Shown here: positions 59,924 through 64,000 of the stretch, piece by piece | How positions within the stretch are numbered: the first letter of the stretch is position 1 | How the letters are laid out: every line of letters starts with the position of its first letter | Source: the human T2T-CHM13v2.0 reference genome, Homo sapiens | Assembly (NCBI RefSeq): GCF_009914755.1 | Contig: NC_060926.1 | Length of the DNA stretch: 64,000 bases | Strand: one strand, 5' to 3' | The notes under the pieces: model-generated | What the model was told of the DNA's origin: nothing | Databases searched by the model: none | What the model saw: only the letters and a program-made list of their open reading frames with translations | Position numbers and translations under genes: made by a program

Positions 59924-60261
59924 GTTCATGTCCTTCGCAGGGACATAGATGAAGCTGGAAGCCATCATTCTCAGCAAACTAACACAGGAACAGAAAACCA
60001 AACACCACGTGTTCTCACTCATAAGTGGGAGTGGAACAATGAGAACACATGGACACAGGGAGGGGCACACAGGGCTTGTCGGGGGGTGGGGGGCAAGGGG
60101 AGGAAGAGCATTAGAACAAATACCTAATGCATGCGGGGCTTGAAACCTAGATAACAGGTTGCTAGGTGCAGAAAACCACCATGGCACATGTATACCTATG
60201 TAACAAACCTGCATGTTCTGCACACGTATCCCAGAACTTAGAGTAAAATAAAAAAAGAAAG
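59924..60261 (+). mobile_element. L1PA (7/8-like) 3' end
   Basis: gaagctggaagccatcattctcagcaaactaacaca; 15-bp TSD aattcactcatttca (59909-59923 and 60262-60276). Confidence 0.93.
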
Positions 60262-60853
60262 AATTCACTCATTTCATCCCCTTCCACAGGCAATAGGCAA
60301 CCCACAAGGAAGCATCCATTGCCCTGCCCCTCCTCCCAATCCACTGGCTCACTTTTCTTCCCCTGCAAGGGAAAGACCTACAATCCCATAGCTGCCCTAG
60401 AACTCAACGGACTAGGCAGAAGGCCCTGACACATTATTCCATCCAGCATTACCACTGCTGAAATTGACACTGATGAGGTCAACTTCAAAATTCGAATGCT
60501 TTTCTGGGTCCTTGAGTTTGGAAGAAGGGTGTGATTAATTAGCCCCTCCAGTCTGGGCAGCACTTTATGTGGTTGCGCTATAATTAGTTATATAACCATT
60601 ATCTTTCCCACGTGACAGTGAGGAATCTGAAGGCAGAATCCATATGATTGATTCACTTTCGATTCTCTGGGCATTCAGCACAGTGTGTTGCCTCATGGTG
60701 CATATCTCACAATATTCATTGAACTAAATTATGAAGACACCATTTCCAAAAGTTCAGCTAATAAATTTGTTATATGTAAATACATATGTATGTGTACGTA
60801 TGTGGGTATGCGTATAAATATGTGCCAGTATAACATTAAAAGAGTAGGGAAAT

Positions 60854-61730
<877 letters not shown>

Positions 61731-63149
61731 AAAATGTTACAAATTGTGAGCCCCTCCTTAGGGGTGGTACTGGAGGCGTGGGGTCTTGGCATTTCTCAGC
61801 CCATGCAGGAAGCTCCCTGATGAGTGTCTGAAACCTTTTGCAGATTAACTTTATGTACTCTGCTGCATGCTTCTGAAACCAGAGTAGGCACAGCCTCAAT
61901 TCTATGCAGGGAGGATGCACAAAAGCAGAATATCCATGATACATCTTTCTGGAGCAGCAATTTTACTGTGAGATTTGGAAGAAACAAATTTAATTCATTT
62001 CCAAGAGAATGTGTAAGAACTATCAAGTCTTAGGACACATGGCCAGGACCAGAAGGTGCCCAGTGAAGTGCTGGGGTGGGGCCCTGCCTCACAACCCTTG
62101 GGCCAAATAAGAAGGAAAAGTAGAACCTGGGACTGAGGAAGCCCCAGCAACTCCAGACTCCATAGCCGTTTACCAAGACTCACAGAAAGAACAAAGGCAA
62201 AGGCAAGGCAAGAACTGCAGAGGAAGAACCTACCACAGGAGTTTCCTAGGAGACTTCAAGTTGAAGCATCAGCAAAACTGAAAGGCTAATGCCTGTCCAC
62301 ACATCCAAAAGTAGATCTGTCCTGGATCTGTGTTCAACAAGTCAGCCAGCTGTCAAGAAACCTGAGATGTGATTCTTCTACCTGGCAGAGCCTCCCATCA
62401 AGACATAAACTGGGCTCCCTCTTACCTTATGGATAACTGACGTGTGGAGGTGGATCTATGGATTAGACTCATGCTGCATTCCAGCACTTTGCCTAGGACC
62501 CAACAATCATTGCCAAGATGAAAGTCAACAGGCCTGAAGTTTGCTTTCATGATGTTCTCCAGCCTGTAACCAAGACACTAGTCCTGGCCACTTCTTCAAA
62601 CCTGATGCAAGGTTGTGCTGATATAAATGCAAACCCAGCTCTATGCCTACCAACCATCTATGTGGCTAGGACTGCAAATTGAGTATTCAGGCCCCAGGCA
62701 AGAGGTCTTCCCAGGTTTCCAAGTAGAATTTCTAGAATTTCCAAAGATAATGACTTTGCCCCTTTCAGTGCCCATCTTCCAGAGATAATCAGAGGGGGCC
62801 TCTGGAAGCCATTTAGACTCTCCAGCCTCCTCCCTAGTGAAAATGGACTTGGATACAAAGAGGCAACCTACTGACCTCAAAGGCACCAGCCCAGATACTG
62901 AGTATAGGGGCCCTCTATGACACACCTCATCTGAGCCACATCAAAGCCCAAACTGTTCCTCAATCTCCACCATCCAGACAGCCCAAAACGGCCCTTCAGA
63001 ATTGTCTTGAGATGGGACAGGAGACAGTAGAGCTGCAGGTTCAGAATGGCTGCCTCATCCCTCCCTCCTGAAAAGTCTATACCTGCTGATCAGAGCCTCA
63101 CACCTCAGGGGGCTCAGCCCTCCCAGTAAGTGTTCCCTAAGAGGACCTT

Positions 63150-64000
63150 TGTTGCGGGAAGTCAGGGACCCTAAACGGAAGGACCAGCTGAAGCCATGGC
63201 AGAAGAACATGAATTGTGAAGATTTCATGGACATTTATTAGTTCCCCAAATTAATAATTTTATAATTTCTTATGCCTCTCTTTACTGCAATCTCTAAACA
63301 TAAATTGTGAAGATTTCATGGACACTTATCACTTCCCCAATCAATACCCTTGTGATTTCCTATGCCTGTCTTTACTTTTATCTCAATCCTGTCAGCTGAG
63401 GAGGATGTATGTCACCTCAGGACCCTGTAATAATTGCATTAACTGCACAAATTGTACAGCATGTGTGTTTGAGCAATATGAAATCTGGGCACCTTGAAAA
63501 AAGAACAGGATAACAGCAATTGTTCAGGGAATAAGAGAGATAACCTGAAACTCTGACTGCCGGTGAGCCGGGCAGAACAGAGCCATATTTCTCTTCTTTC
63601 AAAAGCAAATGGGAGAAATATCGCTGAATTCTTTTTCTCAGCAAGGAACATCCCTGGGAAAGAGAATACATGCCTGGGGGTATGGGTCTATAAACGGCCT
63701 GTAGGGGTGAAATAGACCCCAGTCTCCTATAGCACTCCCAGGCTTATTAGGAAAAGGAAAATTCCTGCCTAATAAATTTTTGGTCAGACCGGTTGCTCTC
63801 AAAACCCTGTCTCCTGATAAGATGTTATCAATGACAATGGTACCCGAAACTTCATTAGCAATTTTAATTTCGCCCCAGTCCTGTGGTCCTGTGATCTCGC
63901 CCTGCCTCCGCTTGCCTTGTGATATTCTATTACCTTGTAAAGTACTTGATGTCTGTGACCCACACCTATTTGCACACTCCCTCCCCTTTTAAAAATCCCT
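63150..64000 (+). mobile_element. MER11 (HERV-K11/HML-8) LTR, runs off the window, intronic and antisense to EVA1A
   Basis: tgttgcgggaagtcagggacc...aattgtgaagatttcatggaca (twice)...ggtcagaccggttgctctcaaaaccc. Confidence 0.93.

Overview
Human (primate) genomic DNA, AT-rich and dominated by repeats. The only supportable protein-coding feature is the last coding exon and 3'UTR of EVA1A (TMEM166/FAM176A) on the minus strand (exon about 47600-48893); everything to its right is EVA1A intron. An old processed GAPDH pseudogene (minus, about 10070-12088) is interrupted by an MLT1A-type LTR and an AluY. The rest is Alu, L1, L2, MIR, MaLR LTRs (THE1/MST/MLT1), a solo LTR2 (HERV-E), a MER11 LTR, DNA-transposon fossils and microsatellites. 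I see no convincing new biological system. The best leads are fossil rearrangements readable in the sequence (a multi-template insertion inside an L1, a ~600-bp inversion splitting an L1PB, a tail-less Alu with TSDs) and chains of good splice sites suggesting non-coding transcripts on both strands downstream of EVA1A. Repeat subfamily calls are by recognition from memory, not by search.
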